DNA from: a plasmid
DNA length: 64,000 nucleotides
Sequence record: NZ_LR134454.1
Reading direction: 5' to 3' (one strand)
Each line of letters opens with the position of its first letter. The stretch's first letter is position 1. The notes beneath the pieces were generated by a model. The model worked only from the letters and a program-made list of their open reading frames with translations. It did no database searches and had not been told where the DNA came from. Positions 8,948-18,761 of this stretch are shown here, one piece after another. The translations under genes and the position numbers were made by a program.

Positions 8948-9853
8948 ATGCTCGACGCGCACCGGCTCATGATCTTCCGCTCCGTCGCCGCCACGGGTTC
9001 CGTGGCCGCGGCGGCGGCCAGCCTCGGCTACACCCCGTCGGCCGTCTCGCAGCACGTCGCCGCCCTGCAGCGTGAGACGGGGCTCAAGCTCCTGGAACGG
9101 GTCGGACGGGGCGTCGAGCTCACCCCCGCCGGGCGGGTGCTGGCCACCGAGGCCGACGGGGTGCTCAGCAGCCTCAACGACCTCGGCGCCACCGTCGACG
9201 ACCTGCGGGCCGGCAAGGCCAACCGGATCACCATGAACGTCTTCGCCACCGCCGGCACGCACTGGATGCCGTCGGTCGTGCAGACGCTCAGCGCCGAGTT
9301 CCCCGATACCCGCCTGCGCCTGCGGATCGAGGACGAGGTCACCGAGATCGCCGCCCGCCGGCCGGATCTCGCCGTCGCGGTGCGCCAGGAGCACGGGCAG
9401 ACGACCGCGGTGCAGGGCTTCTCCCACGAGGACCTCGTGGTGGAGTCCTACGTCGCCGTCGTGCCCGCGGATCACGCGTTCGCGGGCCGGGAGCTGGTGG
9501 ACATGGCCGAGCTCGAACACGAGCGCTGGATCGACAACGACGTGCGGCGCGGCGCGTGCCGCCAGGCCGTGCTCGATGCTTGCGCCGCAGCGGGGTTCAC
9601 GCCCCGCTTCGTGGTCGAGACCACCGACTACCCGTCGGCGCTGCGGTTCGTCGCCCGGGGCGTCGGCGTCACCGTCCTGCCGCGCCTCGGCGCCACCGAG
9701 CTGCCGCCCGGCACCGTCGCCGTCGACGTGTGCAACCCCGCGCCGCGGCGCACCATCGTCGCCTACGTCAAGGACTCCGAGTGCCGGAACCCCGTGGTGC
9801 GCAGGGCCATGCACCTGCTCCGCGAGGCCGCCGCGAGTTCTAATCGTCCGTGA
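8948..9853 (+). CDS. LysR family transcriptional regulator
   Basis: LysR HTH (…AAAASLGYTPSAVSQHVAALQRETGLKLLER…). GGAGG RBS. Divergent from the EamA transporter. Confidence 0.85.
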   Translation: MLDAHRLMIFRSVAATGSVAAAAASLGYTPSAVSQHVAALQRETGLKLLERVGRGVELTPAGRVLATEADGVLSSLNDLGATVDDLRAGKANRITMNVFATAGTHWMPSVVQTLSAEFPDTRLRLRIEDEVTEIAARRPDLAVAVRQEHGQTTAVQGFSHEDLVVESYVAVVPADHAFAGRELVDMAELEHERWIDNDVRRGACRQAVLDACAAAGFTPRFVVETTDYPSALRFVARGVGVTVLPRLGATELPPGTVAVDVCNPAPRRTIVAYVKDSECRNPVVRRAMHLLREAAASSNRP

Positions 9854-11207
9854 GGCGGGTGGCGACGAGGACCGTCGCCACCGCCGAGGCGAGTGGCACC
9901 AGTAGAGCCATGGCGAATCCCGTGTGCCCCCACGCGAGAGTTTGCGCGAAGATCCCACCGGCGCACGCGATCGCGAGGGCGGTGCCCACCGCTTCGGAGA
10001 GCTTGAGGGCGCTGGAGTTGGCGCCCTGCTGGTCGTCCGCGCTGAGGCCGAGCAGAAGGATCGACAGGGTCGGCAGCGCCAGGCCCATGCCGAACCCGCC
10101 GATCCCCCACGCCACGAAGATCACCGGCCACGGGGCATCGATCGCGAACGCCGACGCGACGGCGGTGAGGGCGAGCGCCAGCAGACCGGACCCGATCAGT
10201 GGGAGGCGCCGGCGGACCGGCCCCGTCGCGGGGATCCGCGCCTGCACCTGCGAGGCGAGCGCCCACAGCAGGGCTGCGCCCGTCATCACCGAGCCCGCGG
10301 CGAACGGCGAGAGCCGGTCGACGTGCACCAGGTACAGCGGAACGTAGATCTCCGCGGCGAAGAAGGCGCCCGCCAGGAGGAGGTTCGCGAGCATGAGCCG
10401 CGGGATACCCGCCCGGCCGGTCAGAGACCCCGCGGGCAACATTCGCCGCGTCGCCACCAGTGCGGCGGCCAGACAGGCCACCGCGACCGCGAGGAGCACG
10501 GCGCCGCCCTTCGGTGCGGCGAACTGCGCGACGGCCATGGTCGTGCCCGCCGCGAGGGCCGCGAGCAACAGCCCGCGATCCGGCGGATCCTCATGGCGGT
10601 AGGCCGATTCGTCGAACCCGGCGGTGGCGCGCAGGGTCGCGGCGAGGGCCAGCAGCGACGGCCCCGCCAGCCCCAGGAAGACCCAGCGCCACCCCACCGT
10701 GTCGACGGCGAGCCCCGCGAGGGCGGGACCGATGAGCGACGGCACGACCCACGCCGTCGAGTACGCGGCGAAGACCCGCGGGCGCCCGTCCTCCGGTACC
10801 AGCCGCCCGACCATGGCGTAGAGCACGACGCTGATCAGGCCGCTCCCCAGGCCCTGCACGCCGCGACCCACCGCCAGCACCCCCATGCCGGGTGCCGCAC
10901 CGACGATCACCAGGCCGACCGCGAACAGCAGTGCGCCCGTGATCAGTGGCGGCTTCACGCCGGCCCGGTCCACCCAGGGACCGACCCACGCGATCGCGAC
11001 GATCATCGCCGCGAAGGCGGCGCCGAACGCCACCGAGTACTCGGCGGTCGCGCCGAACTCGGCCGCGGCGCGCGGCAGCACGGTGCCGACGGCGAGGGTC
11101 TCGAAGGCGGAGAACGCGATCAGCGCGACAGACCCGATCAGGAACCAGCGCAGCCGGGCCCGATCGGGAGCCGTCCGGGCGTCCGCGTCGGTAGTCATCC
11201 TCGGCAC
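9840..11207 (-). CDS. MFS transporter
   Basis: 455 aa. Multiple TM helices and MFS motifs (…GRLVPEDGRPRVFAAYSTAW…). Confidence 0.8.
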   Translation of the reverse strand: MPRMTTDADARTAPDRARLRWFLIGSVALIAFSAFETLAVGTVLPRAAAEFGATAEYSVAFGAAFAAMIVAIAWVGPWVDRAGVKPPLITGALLFAVGLVIVGAAPGMGVLAVGRGVQGLGSGLISVVLYAMVGRLVPEDGRPRVFAAYSTAWVVPSLIGPALAGLAVDTVGWRWVFLGLAGPSLLALAATLRATAGFDESAYRHEDPPDRGLLLAALAAGTTMAVAQFAAPKGGAVLLAVAVACLAAALVATRRMLPAGSLTGRAGIPRLMLANLLLAGAFFAAEIYVPLYLVHVDRLSPFAAGSVMTGAALLWALASQVQARIPATGPVRRRLPLIGSGLLALALTAVASAFAIDAPWPVIFVAWGIGGFGMGLALPTLSILLLGLSADDQQGANSSALKLSEAVGTALAIACAGGIFAQTLAWGHTGFAMALLVPLASAVATVLVATRLTDD

Positions 11208-11284
11208 GCTAATACGTCGACCATGGTTGAGGTCAACCGAGAAAACCGGTTGATCGCACAGTCCCCGAGCGGCATCGTGGAAAG

Positions 11285-12685
11285 GTGCATACCGACCCCA
11301 GCCCCCGCAGCCGCGTGCCCCGCATGCTGCGGCCGCTGCTGCGCCGGGACTACCGCCTCCTCTTCGTGACGTTGCTCTGCGCGCTGACCACCGACGGCAT
11401 GTGGCTGGTCTCCGTCGTGTGGCAGGTGATCGACATGGGCGGCTCCGCCACCAGCGTCTCGCTGGTCTCGGGCGCCGCCTCCATCGGCCTGCTCGTCTCC
11501 ACCCTCGCGGGCGGGGTGCTCGCGGACCGGGTCTCGCAGCAGCGCATCCTGTTCGTGCTGGAGCTGCTCAAGGTCGCGGTCATCGGCGGCATCGGCGCGC
11601 TGATCGTCGCGGACGCCATCACGGTGCCGATCCTCATGGCCGGTTCCCTCGCGCTGGGGCTGGTGTCGGGCTTCTACTTCCCCGCCTACTCCGCGCTGGT
11701 GCCGCGGCTCGTGCCGGCCGCCGAGCTGCTCGCGGTCAACGGCTACGAGTCGGCCGTCCGTCCCGCGGCCGCGATGGCCGTCGGACCGGCGGTCGCGGCG
11801 TGGATCATCGCCGTCGCCGACCCCGGTGCGGCGCTGCTGGTAGCGGGCGGGATCTGCCTGTTCGCCGCGCTCTGGGTGGTCCGCATCCGGGTCCCGGAGG
11901 CCGACGATGCCGACGAGGCCGAGTCCGGCTCGCCGCTGCGCGACCTCTGGGAGGGCATCGGCTACGTGCGGCGGACCCCGTGGCTGCTGGCGACCCTGCT
12001 CTTCGCGAGCCTGATGGTGCTGGTCACCGTGGGCCCGATCGACGTCCTGCTGCCCTTCGCGATCAAGGACCAGGCGCACGGCGCCGCGAGTGAACACTCG
12101 ATGATCCTGGCGGCCTACGGTTTCGGCGGCGTGGCCGGCGCGCTGTTCATGGCCGCCCGGCGGATGCCCCGGCGCTACCTGACCGTGATGATGGGGATCT
12201 GGGGCGTCGCGTCGCTGCCGATGCTGGTGTTCGGCCTGGCCGAGAGCGTCTGGCCCATGGTGGTCGCCGGCTTCGTGCTCGGCGTGCTGTTCGAGGCGCC
12301 GGTGGTGATCTGGGGGACCCTGCTACAGCGCCGGGTACCGCGACGGTTGCTGGGCCGGGTCTCCAGCCTGGACTTCTTCGTCTCACTCGTGTTCATGCCC
12401 CTGTCCTTCGCGGTGGCGGGCCCGGTGAGCCAGGCGATCGGCCTCACCGCGACCTTCGCCCTCGCCGCTCTGATCCCGATCCCGCTCGCGGTGGTCGCCA
12501 TCCTCGCCGCGCGGATGCCGCAGGACGAGCTGGAGCACCCGCTGCGCGAGGACGACGAGGACGCGGGGGACGACGATGGGGACGGCACCGTCGAGCCCGG
12601 GTCCGATGCCCGGGCGGACGCCGCCCGCGACGCGCCGGTTTCGCCGACCGTGAACGCTCCGCCCGGGGAACGCACCGTCGGATAG
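11285..12685 (+). CDS. MFS transporter (EntS/enterobactin-exporter-like subfamily)
   Basis: Begins [41 protein letters not shown]…; 12 predicted TM segments. Confidence 0.8.
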   Translation: MHTDPSPRSRVPRMLRPLLRRDYRLLFVTLLCALTTDGMWLVSVVWQVIDMGGSATSVSLVSGAASIGLLVSTLAGGVLADRVSQQRILFVLELLKVAVIGGIGALIVADAITVPILMAGSLALGLVSGFYFPAYSALVPRLVPAAELLAVNGYESAVRPAAAMAVGPAVAAWIIAVADPGAALLVAGGICLFAALWVVRIRVPEADDADEAESGSPLRDLWEGIGYVRRTPWLLATLLFASLMVLVTVGPIDVLLPFAIKDQAHGAASEHSMILAAYGFGGVAGALFMAARRMPRRYLTVMMGIWGVASLPMLVFGLAESVWPMVVAGFVLGVLFEAPVVIWGTLLQRRVPRRLLGRVSSLDFFVSLVFMPLSFAVAGPVSQAIGLTATFALAALIPIPLAVVAILAARMPQDELEHPLREDDEDAGDDDGDGTVEPGSDARADAARDAPVSPTVNAPPGERTVG

Positions 12686-12695
12686 GCTGAGACGT

Positions 12696-13013
12696 ATGAC
12701 GAGCGGGGTGGCGAGCATCGAGACGCACGAGTCGGCGGAGGCCGCGCGCCCCGCGCTGCTGCGCGAGGTGTTCGGGCGCGTCCTGCGGCAGGAGCGCACC
12801 CGCCAGGGCCGCACGCTCGCCGAGGTCGCGCGGGACGCCGGCGTCTCCACGCAGTACCTCTCCGAGGTCGAGCGCGGGCGCAAGGAGGCCTCGTCGGAGG
12901 TCCTCGCCAGCGTCTGCGACGCGCTCGGCGGCTCGATGATCGAGTTCGTCGGCGGCGTTCACCGCGAGCTGCTCGGCGCGCGCACGCGCCCGGTGGCGCT
13001 CGCCGCGGCCTGA
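12696..13013 (+). CDS. XRE-family HTH regulator, ClgR-like
   Basis: …[40 protein letters not shown]… closely resembles the ClgR DNA-binding region. Confidence 0.55.
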   Translation: MTSGVASIETHESAEAARPALLREVFGRVLRQERTRQGRTLAEVARDAGVSTQYLSEVERGRKEASSEVLASVCDALGGSMIEFVGGVHRELLGARTRPVALAAA

Positions 13014-13014
13014 G

Positions 13015-14088
13015 CTACTCCTCGGTCGCGGCGGCCTCCGCTGCGGCCGCTTCCGCCTCGTCGGCTGCCTCGGCCTCCTTCGCCTCGGCCTCCTTCGCGG
13101 CGCGGGTGTCCTTGTCGTACCGCAGCAGGTGCGGGTGCACGGCCCGGAAGCCGCGGGCCCGGTAGGCGCGCAGACTGCGGGTCTCCAGCCCCGGCACGTC
13201 GGCGATCGCCTGCGTGAAGTTGTCGTCGATGAGCACCGTCCCCGGGCGCGCGGCGCTGGTCAGCCGGGCCGCCAGGTTCACGACGCTGCCGAACAGGTCG
13301 CCGTAGCGCTGCAGCACCTCGCCGTAGGCCATGCCCACGCGCAGCTGCGGGAACTCGATCTCGATGACGTCCAGCTCGGGGTACTCGTGGGGCTCCTGCA
13401 GCTCGAGGCCGATCCGGGCCGCGGCCGCGGGGTCCTCGGCCGCGAACATGACCTCGTCGCCGACGCCCTTGATGATCCACCCGCCGCCGCCGTAGATCAC
13501 CGCCTGCATCCGCGCTTCGAACGTCGCGACCAGGGTGTTGAGCTCCTCGACCGCGAGCCCGCGGCTGAGCCGGGTGTAGCCGACCATGTCCGCGAAGCCG
13601 ACGGCCATCATGGCGGTCATCGCGTCGGACGAGTCGTGGGTCACGAGGCGCTGGGTGGCCGTCGACAGGTGCCGCCGCCAGACGTGGGCCTGCAGGTTCT
13701 CCATCTTGTCGATGACCTGCGCGACGCCGGCCGACGGATCCTTCACGCCGGCGTCGTGCGCCGTGTCGAGGTGGGCCTTGACGATGCCGGCCTGCCACTC
13801 GGCGAGCCGGTACATCGCCTGGCCGAGGGACTGCGCGCCGGGCAGCACGGCCTCGCGGTCGATGACGTCCAGCGCGAACAGGTCGGCGAGGTCCTTGACG
13901 ATGGCCACGTCGTCCGCCGTGAAGGCCGGCTGGTCGTCGTCGCGCAGGTCGGCGAACCCCGCGGAGGTCCACCAGACGCGGAGGTCCTCCACGTCGATGC
14001 CGCCCTGCTCGGCGAGCTCGCGGAAGGTGTACTTGCGTTCGCCCGGGAGGAGCAGCCCGTCGATGTCCAGATCTTCGGCGTCGCCCAT
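13015..14088 (-). CDS. Class III adenylate/guanylate cyclase
   Basis: C-terminal cyclase homology domain (…IKGVGDEVMFAAEDP…). Start moved to ATG 14088 (MGDAEDLDIDG…); the track start at 14334 is further upstream. Confidence 0.7.
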   Translation of the reverse strand: MGDAEDLDIDGLLLPGERKYTFRELAEQGGIDVEDLRVWWTSAGFADLRDDDQPAFTADDVAIVKDLADLFALDVIDREAVLPGAQSLGQAMYRLAEWQAGIVKAHLDTAHDAGVKDPSAGVAQVIDKMENLQAHVWRRHLSTATQRLVTHDSSDAMTAMMAVGFADMVGYTRLSRGLAVEELNTLVATFEARMQAVIYGGGGWIIKGVGDEVMFAAEDPAAAARIGLELQEPHEYPELDVIEIEFPQLRVGMAYGEVLQRYGDLFGSVVNLAARLTSAARPGTVLIDDNFTQAIADVPGLETRSLRAYRARGFRAVHPHLLRYDKDTRAAKEAEAKEAEAADEAEAAAAEAAATEE

Positions 14089-14119
14089 GCATCCACTGTA
14101 TGGGGCATAGGCTGGACGG

Positions 14120-15496
14120 GTGACGATCAGTGTGTTCGACCTGTTCTCGGTGGGCATCGGCCCGTCGAGTTCCCACACCGTGGGGCCGATGCGGGCGGGC
14201 GCGGATTTCGCCGATGAGCTGCGGTCTTCTCCCTCGACGGTGCGCGCGGTCGTCGTCGACCTGTACGGCTCTCTCGCCGCGACCGGGCGCGGCCACGGCA
14301 CACAACCTGCTGTGCTGCTGGGCCTGGAGGGCAACCGCCCGGAGACCGTGGACCCCGACTACGTCGAGAAGCGCGGCGCCGAGATCGAGGCCACCCGCAG
14401 GGTGAGCTTCGGCAGACGCGACGAGGTGCCGCTGTGCGCCGAGGACATCGTGCTGCACCCGCTCACGGTGCTGCCGCGGCACACCAACGGCATCCGGTTC
14501 CGGGCGGAGCTCGCCGACGGCACGGTGCACGAGGCCGTCTACTACTCGGTGGGCGGCGGCTTCGTCGAGCGCGAGTCCGGCGCCGACACCGTGAATCCGC
14601 TCGCCGGAACCCCCGGCGTGCCCCACGACTTCGACACCGCCGCCGCGCTCCTGGAGACGTGTCCGCGCACCGGCCGCACGGTCCCTCAGCTGATGCTGGA
14701 GAACGAGATCGCGCTGCACGGCGGACCGTCGGACGTGGCGGAACGGGAGGTCCGCGCCGGGCTGCTGCACATCTGGGAGGTCATGGAGGCCTGCATCGAG
14801 CGGGGCTTCCGCGCCGAGGGCATGCTGCCCGGCGGGCTGGGGGTCAAGCGGCGCGCGCCGGGGCTGTACCGCCGGCTCATCGATTCCGACGGTGCCGACG
14901 CCATGGACTGGCTCAACGTCGCGGCCATGGCCGTCAACGAGGAGAACGCCTGCGGCGGCCGGATCGTCACCGCGCCGACCAACGGCGCGGCGGGGATCGT
15001 GCCGGCGGTGCTGTACTACGCGCTGAAGTTCCGGCCGCACCTCGCCGAGCGCCGCGAGGAGACGGTGTGCGACTACCTGCTGACCGCCGCCGCGATCGCG
15101 GTGCTCTACAAGCGTCGCGCGTCGATCTCGGGCGCCGAGGTGGGCTGCCAGGGCGAAGTCGGCTCCGCGTGCTCGATGGCCGCGGGCGCGCTCGCGCAGG
15201 TCATGGGTGCCACGCCCGCGCAGGTGGAGAACGCCGCCGAGATCGGCATCGAGCACAACCTGGGCCTGACCTGCGACCCCATCGGCGGCCTCGTGCAGAT
15301 CCCCTGCATCGAGCGCAACGCCATCGCCTCGGTGAAGGCCGTGAACGCCGCCCGCATCGCCCTGCACGGCGACGGCACGCACCGCGTCTCGCTGGATCAG
15401 GCCATCGAGACCATGCGCCAGACCGGCGCCGACATGCTGTCGAAGTACAAGGAGACCTCCCTCGGCGGCCTCGCCGTCAACGTGCCGGAGTGTTGA
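14120..15496 (+). CDS. sdaA: L-serine ammonia-lyase (L-serine dehydratase)
   Basis: [27 protein letters not shown]… is the canonical SdaA N-terminus. 458 aa, GTG start. Confidence 0.9.
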   Translation: MTISVFDLFSVGIGPSSSHTVGPMRAGADFADELRSSPSTVRAVVVDLYGSLAATGRGHGTQPAVLLGLEGNRPETVDPDYVEKRGAEIEATRRVSFGRRDEVPLCAEDIVLHPLTVLPRHTNGIRFRAELADGTVHEAVYYSVGGGFVERESGADTVNPLAGTPGVPHDFDTAAALLETCPRTGRTVPQLMLENEIALHGGPSDVAEREVRAGLLHIWEVMEACIERGFRAEGMLPGGLGVKRRAPGLYRRLIDSDGADAMDWLNVAAMAVNEENACGGRIVTAPTNGAAGIVPAVLYYALKFRPHLAERREETVCDYLLTAAAIAVLYKRRASISGAEVGCQGEVGSACSMAAGALAQVMGATPAQVENAAEIGIEHNLGLTCDPIGGLVQIPCIERNAIASVKAVNAARIALHGDGTHRVSLDQAIETMRQTGADMLSKYKETSLGGLAVNVPEC

Positions 15497-15521
15497 GGGA
15501 CCGCGATGTAGGGCGTTGGCC

Positions 15522-16151
15522 TCAGTCTTTGCAGATGCCGTTGATTTGACCGGCGAGATTGTCGACCAGGTCGCCTTGGAACTTCACGTCGGCGGCCGGT
15601 TCACGGCGTTCGTAAGAGTCCAGGATGGCTACAAACGCGGTGATCCAGTCCTGCACCGTGCTGCGAATGGGTTCGGCGGCGTTTGGCGAGATGCGTGAGG
15701 CCAGTTGCGAAAGAGACTGGCGCGCCTTAGCGATATCTGCGTCGAGCGTTGGCCGAGAGTAGTCCAACGGCGTCTCGAATTTCGGCAACTGCTGCGACGT
15801 CAGCCCTCCTGCGACGCAAACGCTCGCCTTGGAGGTCATGGTGCCTCGTAAGCGGTAGTCGTAGGCGGAGGTGCCCGCCGCTGACGAACTGGCCGCGGTG
15901 GATGGGGCGGCGGTGCCCGAGGTGTCGCTGGAGCGCGTGAGGGCGAAAGTCAGAGCTGCACCCGCGATGAGCGCGATGACGACCGCGATGACGACGAAGA
16001 TGATCGTCTTGCTCGACCGCTTCGGAGGGGCGGGTGGCGGGAACTGGGGCGGCATCCCCGGCTGCGCGCCTTGGAACGGCGGCCCCTGGAATTGCGAGGG
16101 CGTCCCCGACTGCGGCGTCTGGTCCTCCGGTGGCTGCTGCCCCTGTGTCAT
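15522..16151 (-). CDS. Hypothetical single-pass membrane protein with a Pro/Gln-rich N-terminus
   Basis: Internal ATG at 16151 is preceded by GGGGAGGA. One TM helix (IIFVVIAVVIALIAGAALTFAL) and two Cys in the C-terminal domain. Confidence 0.45.
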   Translation of the reverse strand: MTQGQQPPEDQTPQSGTPSQFQGPPFQGAQPGMPPQFPPPAPPKRSSKTIIFVVIAVVIALIAGAALTFALTRSSDTSGTAAPSTAASSSAAGTSAYDYRLRGTMTSKASVCVAGGLTSQQLPKFETPLDYSRPTLDADIAKARQSLSQLASRISPNAAEPIRSTVQDWITAFVAILDSYERREPAADVKFQGDLVDNLAGQINGICKD

Positions 16152-16313
16152 GCGTTCCTCCCCGTGCGCCGGTGCGGCGAGCACCGCGTCGATGCGGACA
16201 TGGTAGCGGTGCACGACGTGGAACCGGCCGCGCAGCGGCGGCATCCCACCGTCCACCTGCGTCCCCTACCTGCTGCGGCGAAACGTGTCAGTGGCCGTCG
16301 CTAGGGTGGCGGC

Positions 16314-16718
16314 ATGGACGTGCTCACGGTGGCTGCGGTGTGTTTCCGGGACGAGGCCGGGCGGGTGCTCACGGTGCGCAAACGCGGTACCGATGCCTTC
16401 ATGCTGCCCGGCGGCAAGCTGGAGCCGGGGGAGGCCGCGGTCGACTGCGCGGTCCGCGAGATCGACGAGGAGCTCGGCGTCGCGCTGACGACGGAGGACC
16501 TCACCCACCTGGTGTCGTGGCGCGGCCCCGCCGCGAACGAGGCGAACACCGACATCGAGTCCACGGTGTTCGCCACCGCGCTGCGGGTCGAGCCGCGGGC
16601 CGCGGCCGAGATCGCGGAGGCCCGCTGGCTGGACCCGGCCGACCACGGCGACGTCACCATCGCGCCGATGCTGGAGCAGTACCTCTTCCCGCGGCTGGCG
16701 GGCGCCCCCATCGCATGA
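16314..16718 (+). CDS. NUDIX hydrolase
   Basis: Nudix box GGKLEPGEAAVDCAVREIDEELGV. Confidence 0.8.
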   Translation: MDVLTVAAVCFRDEAGRVLTVRKRGTDAFMLPGGKLEPGEAAVDCAVREIDEELGVALTTEDLTHLVSWRGPAANEANTDIESTVFATALRVEPRAAAEIAEARWLDPADHGDVTIAPMLEQYLFPRLAGAPIA

Positions 16719-17872
16719 GGATCACCCAGCCGCAGGCCCGCCGGATCGCCCTCGCCGCCCAGGGCTTCGAGCCGGGCTTCGCCGGCGCCGCGGCGCCGAC
16801 GATGCGGCAGGTGCAGAAGACGATCGACCGGCTCAAGCTCATCCAGATCGACAGCGTCAACGTGGTCGCCCGCAGCCAGTACCTCCCGGTCTTCGCGCGC
16901 CTCGGCGACTACGACACCGCGCTGCTCGACCGCGCCCGCGACAAGAACCCGCGGCGGCTCGTCGAGGCGTGGGCCCACGAGGCCTCGCTGGTCCCGCCCG
17001 AGACCTGGCCGCTGCTGCGGCACCGTCGGACCGCGGACCGGGTGTCGCAGCGGTTCGCGAGCTACGACGATCGGCACCCCGGCCAACTGGACCGGCTGCG
17101 CGGCGCGCTCGCCGAACTGCCGCCGCTGACCGCCCGCGCGCTCGAGGCGCACCTGGAGCACGAGCAGGTGGTGGAGAGGACGCACTGGGGTTGGAACTGG
17201 TCGTCGGTGAAGGAGGGGCTGGAGGTGCTCTTCCACGCCGGAGAGGTCACCAGCGCCGGCCGCACCAGCCAGTTCGAGCGGCTGTACGCCCCCACGTCGA
17301 CGGTGCTCGGCCCGCTCGCGGAGCGGGAGGTATCCGACGAGGAAGCGTTCGTCGAGTTGCTGCGGCAGTCGGCGAAGGCGCACGGCATCGGGACGCTGCG
17401 CTGCCTGCGCGACTACTTCCGGCTGTCCACCGCGCAGGCGGCGCCGGCCGTCGAGAAGCTCGTCGAAACAGGCGAACTCCTCCCGGTGGAGGCCGACTGG
17501 TGGCCCGGCACCGTCTACCTGCACGCGGAGGCCAAGCGGCCGCGGGCGATGTCGGCGCGGGCGCTGCTCTCGCCCTTCGACCCCGTCGTGTGGCAGCGCG
17601 AGCGGGCCGAGGCGCTGTTCGACTTCTTCTACCGGATCGAGATCTACACGCCCAAGGAGAAGCGGGTGCACGGCTACTACGTGCTGCCCTTCCTCTTCGG
17701 CGACCGGATCGTCGCGCGCTGCGACGTGAAGGCCGACCGCGCGGCGGGGGAGCTGCTCGTGCACTCCACCACCTGGGAGCCCGGCGGCCGCGACGCCGCG
17801 TCCGAGGCAGCGCTGGAGCAGACCGTCGCCGAGATGGCCGGCTGGCTGGGGCTCGACGGCTACCGGCTCTGA
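16715..17872 (+). CDS. Winged-helix DNA glycosylase of the YcaQ/AlkZ family (interstrand-crosslink repair)
   Basis: MRITQPQARRIALAAQGFEPGF… is the DUF1006/YcaQ architecture. Its ATG overlaps the NUDIX stop (ATGA). Confidence 0.7.
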   Translation: MRITQPQARRIALAAQGFEPGFAGAAAPTMRQVQKTIDRLKLIQIDSVNVVARSQYLPVFARLGDYDTALLDRARDKNPRRLVEAWAHEASLVPPETWPLLRHRRTADRVSQRFASYDDRHPGQLDRLRGALAELPPLTARALEAHLEHEQVVERTHWGWNWSSVKEGLEVLFHAGEVTSAGRTSQFERLYAPTSTVLGPLAEREVSDEEAFVELLRQSAKAHGIGTLRCLRDYFRLSTAQAAPAVEKLVETGELLPVEADWWPGTVYLHAEAKRPRAMSARALLSPFDPVVWQRERAEALFDFFYRIEIYTPKEKRVHGYYVLPFLFGDRIVARCDVKADRAAGELLVHSTTWEPGGRDAASEAALEQTVAEMAGWLGLDGYRL

Positions 17873-18657
17873 TCCGCGGGCACCGTGATCGCGGTGAAGA
17901 CGCGGAACAGGGCGTGCGCATCCGGGCGGTAGTGCCCGTAGTCGGGGGCGGATCGTCGGGACGCGCCGTCCCACTGCTTCTTGGTCACCGCGGCGAAGTC
18001 GAGGTGGTAGCCGTGCCGCGCCGCCAGGAGCTGCAGCAACGTCTTCGACGAGCGGCCGTTGCCCTCGCGGAACGGGTGCGCGCAGTTGAGATAGGCGTAC
18101 GCCTCGGCGAGGTGGTGCGCGTAGCCGCGGCGGTCGAGGTGGTGGGCGGGCTTGCGGAGGATCCCTGCGGCGTCGCCGAGGTACCGCTCGATCCATGCGG
18201 CGCGGAAGGTCTGGTGGCGCAGGTCCATGTCGTACCGGCGGAAGACGCCCGCCCACGGGTAGACCTCGCCGAACAGGACGCGGTGGATCGCGATGAGGTG
18301 CACGCCGTCGAAGGTCGCCGGGACGTCGATCGCCCCCGTCTCGATACCGAACTGCCGCGCCGTGCCGATCTCGAACTCGAGCTGCTGCACCGCGCCCGCG
18401 TCACGGATCCCGAGGCGGTTCCGCAGGATCCCCGTTCCGGGATACAGCGTGTCGGCGAAGGCGGCGGGGACGTCGGCGCACTCCGGAGGTCCGACCTCGG
18501 CGCCGGCCAGCGCGCGGTCGATCGCGCTGGCGACGTACTCGTCCAGGGTGACAGCGCCGTCCGCCAGTGCGAGCAGTCGCTCGGTGTCCGGGGACGTGGG
18601 CGCCCACCCCTCGAGCACGCTGTTGGCGATCGCGCCCAACACCGTCGCTCGATCCAT
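17860..18657 (-). CDS. Fic/DOC family protein
   Basis: Fic motif HPFREGNGRSSK (HxFx[DE]GNGRxx[R→K]). Confidence 0.8.
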   Translation of the reverse strand: MDRATVLGAIANSVLEGWAPTSPDTERLLALADGAVTLDEYVASAIDRALAGAEVGPPECADVPAAFADTLYPGTGILRNRLGIRDAGAVQQLEFEIGTARQFGIETGAIDVPATFDGVHLIAIHRVLFGEVYPWAGVFRRYDMDLRHQTFRAAWIERYLGDAAGILRKPAHHLDRRGYAHHLAEAYAYLNCAHPFREGNGRSSKTLLQLLAARHGYHLDFAAVTKKQWDGASRRSAPDYGHYRPDAHALFRVFTAITVPADQSR

Positions 18658-18761
18658 CCCCGCAGCTTATCGAGACCGGTCGTCGTGACATCGGCCGAAT
18701 CCTGCGGTACGCGGCCGATATGGGCCTCCTACTACCCGAATCGGCCGATTTCACGACTGGA

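Noticed and set aside
12696-13013. ClgR-like regulator as part of a clp/lon protease regulon within the window.
   Set aside because: No clp, lon or ptrB genes are nearby. The identification rests only on the HTH similarity, so no regulon claim is made.
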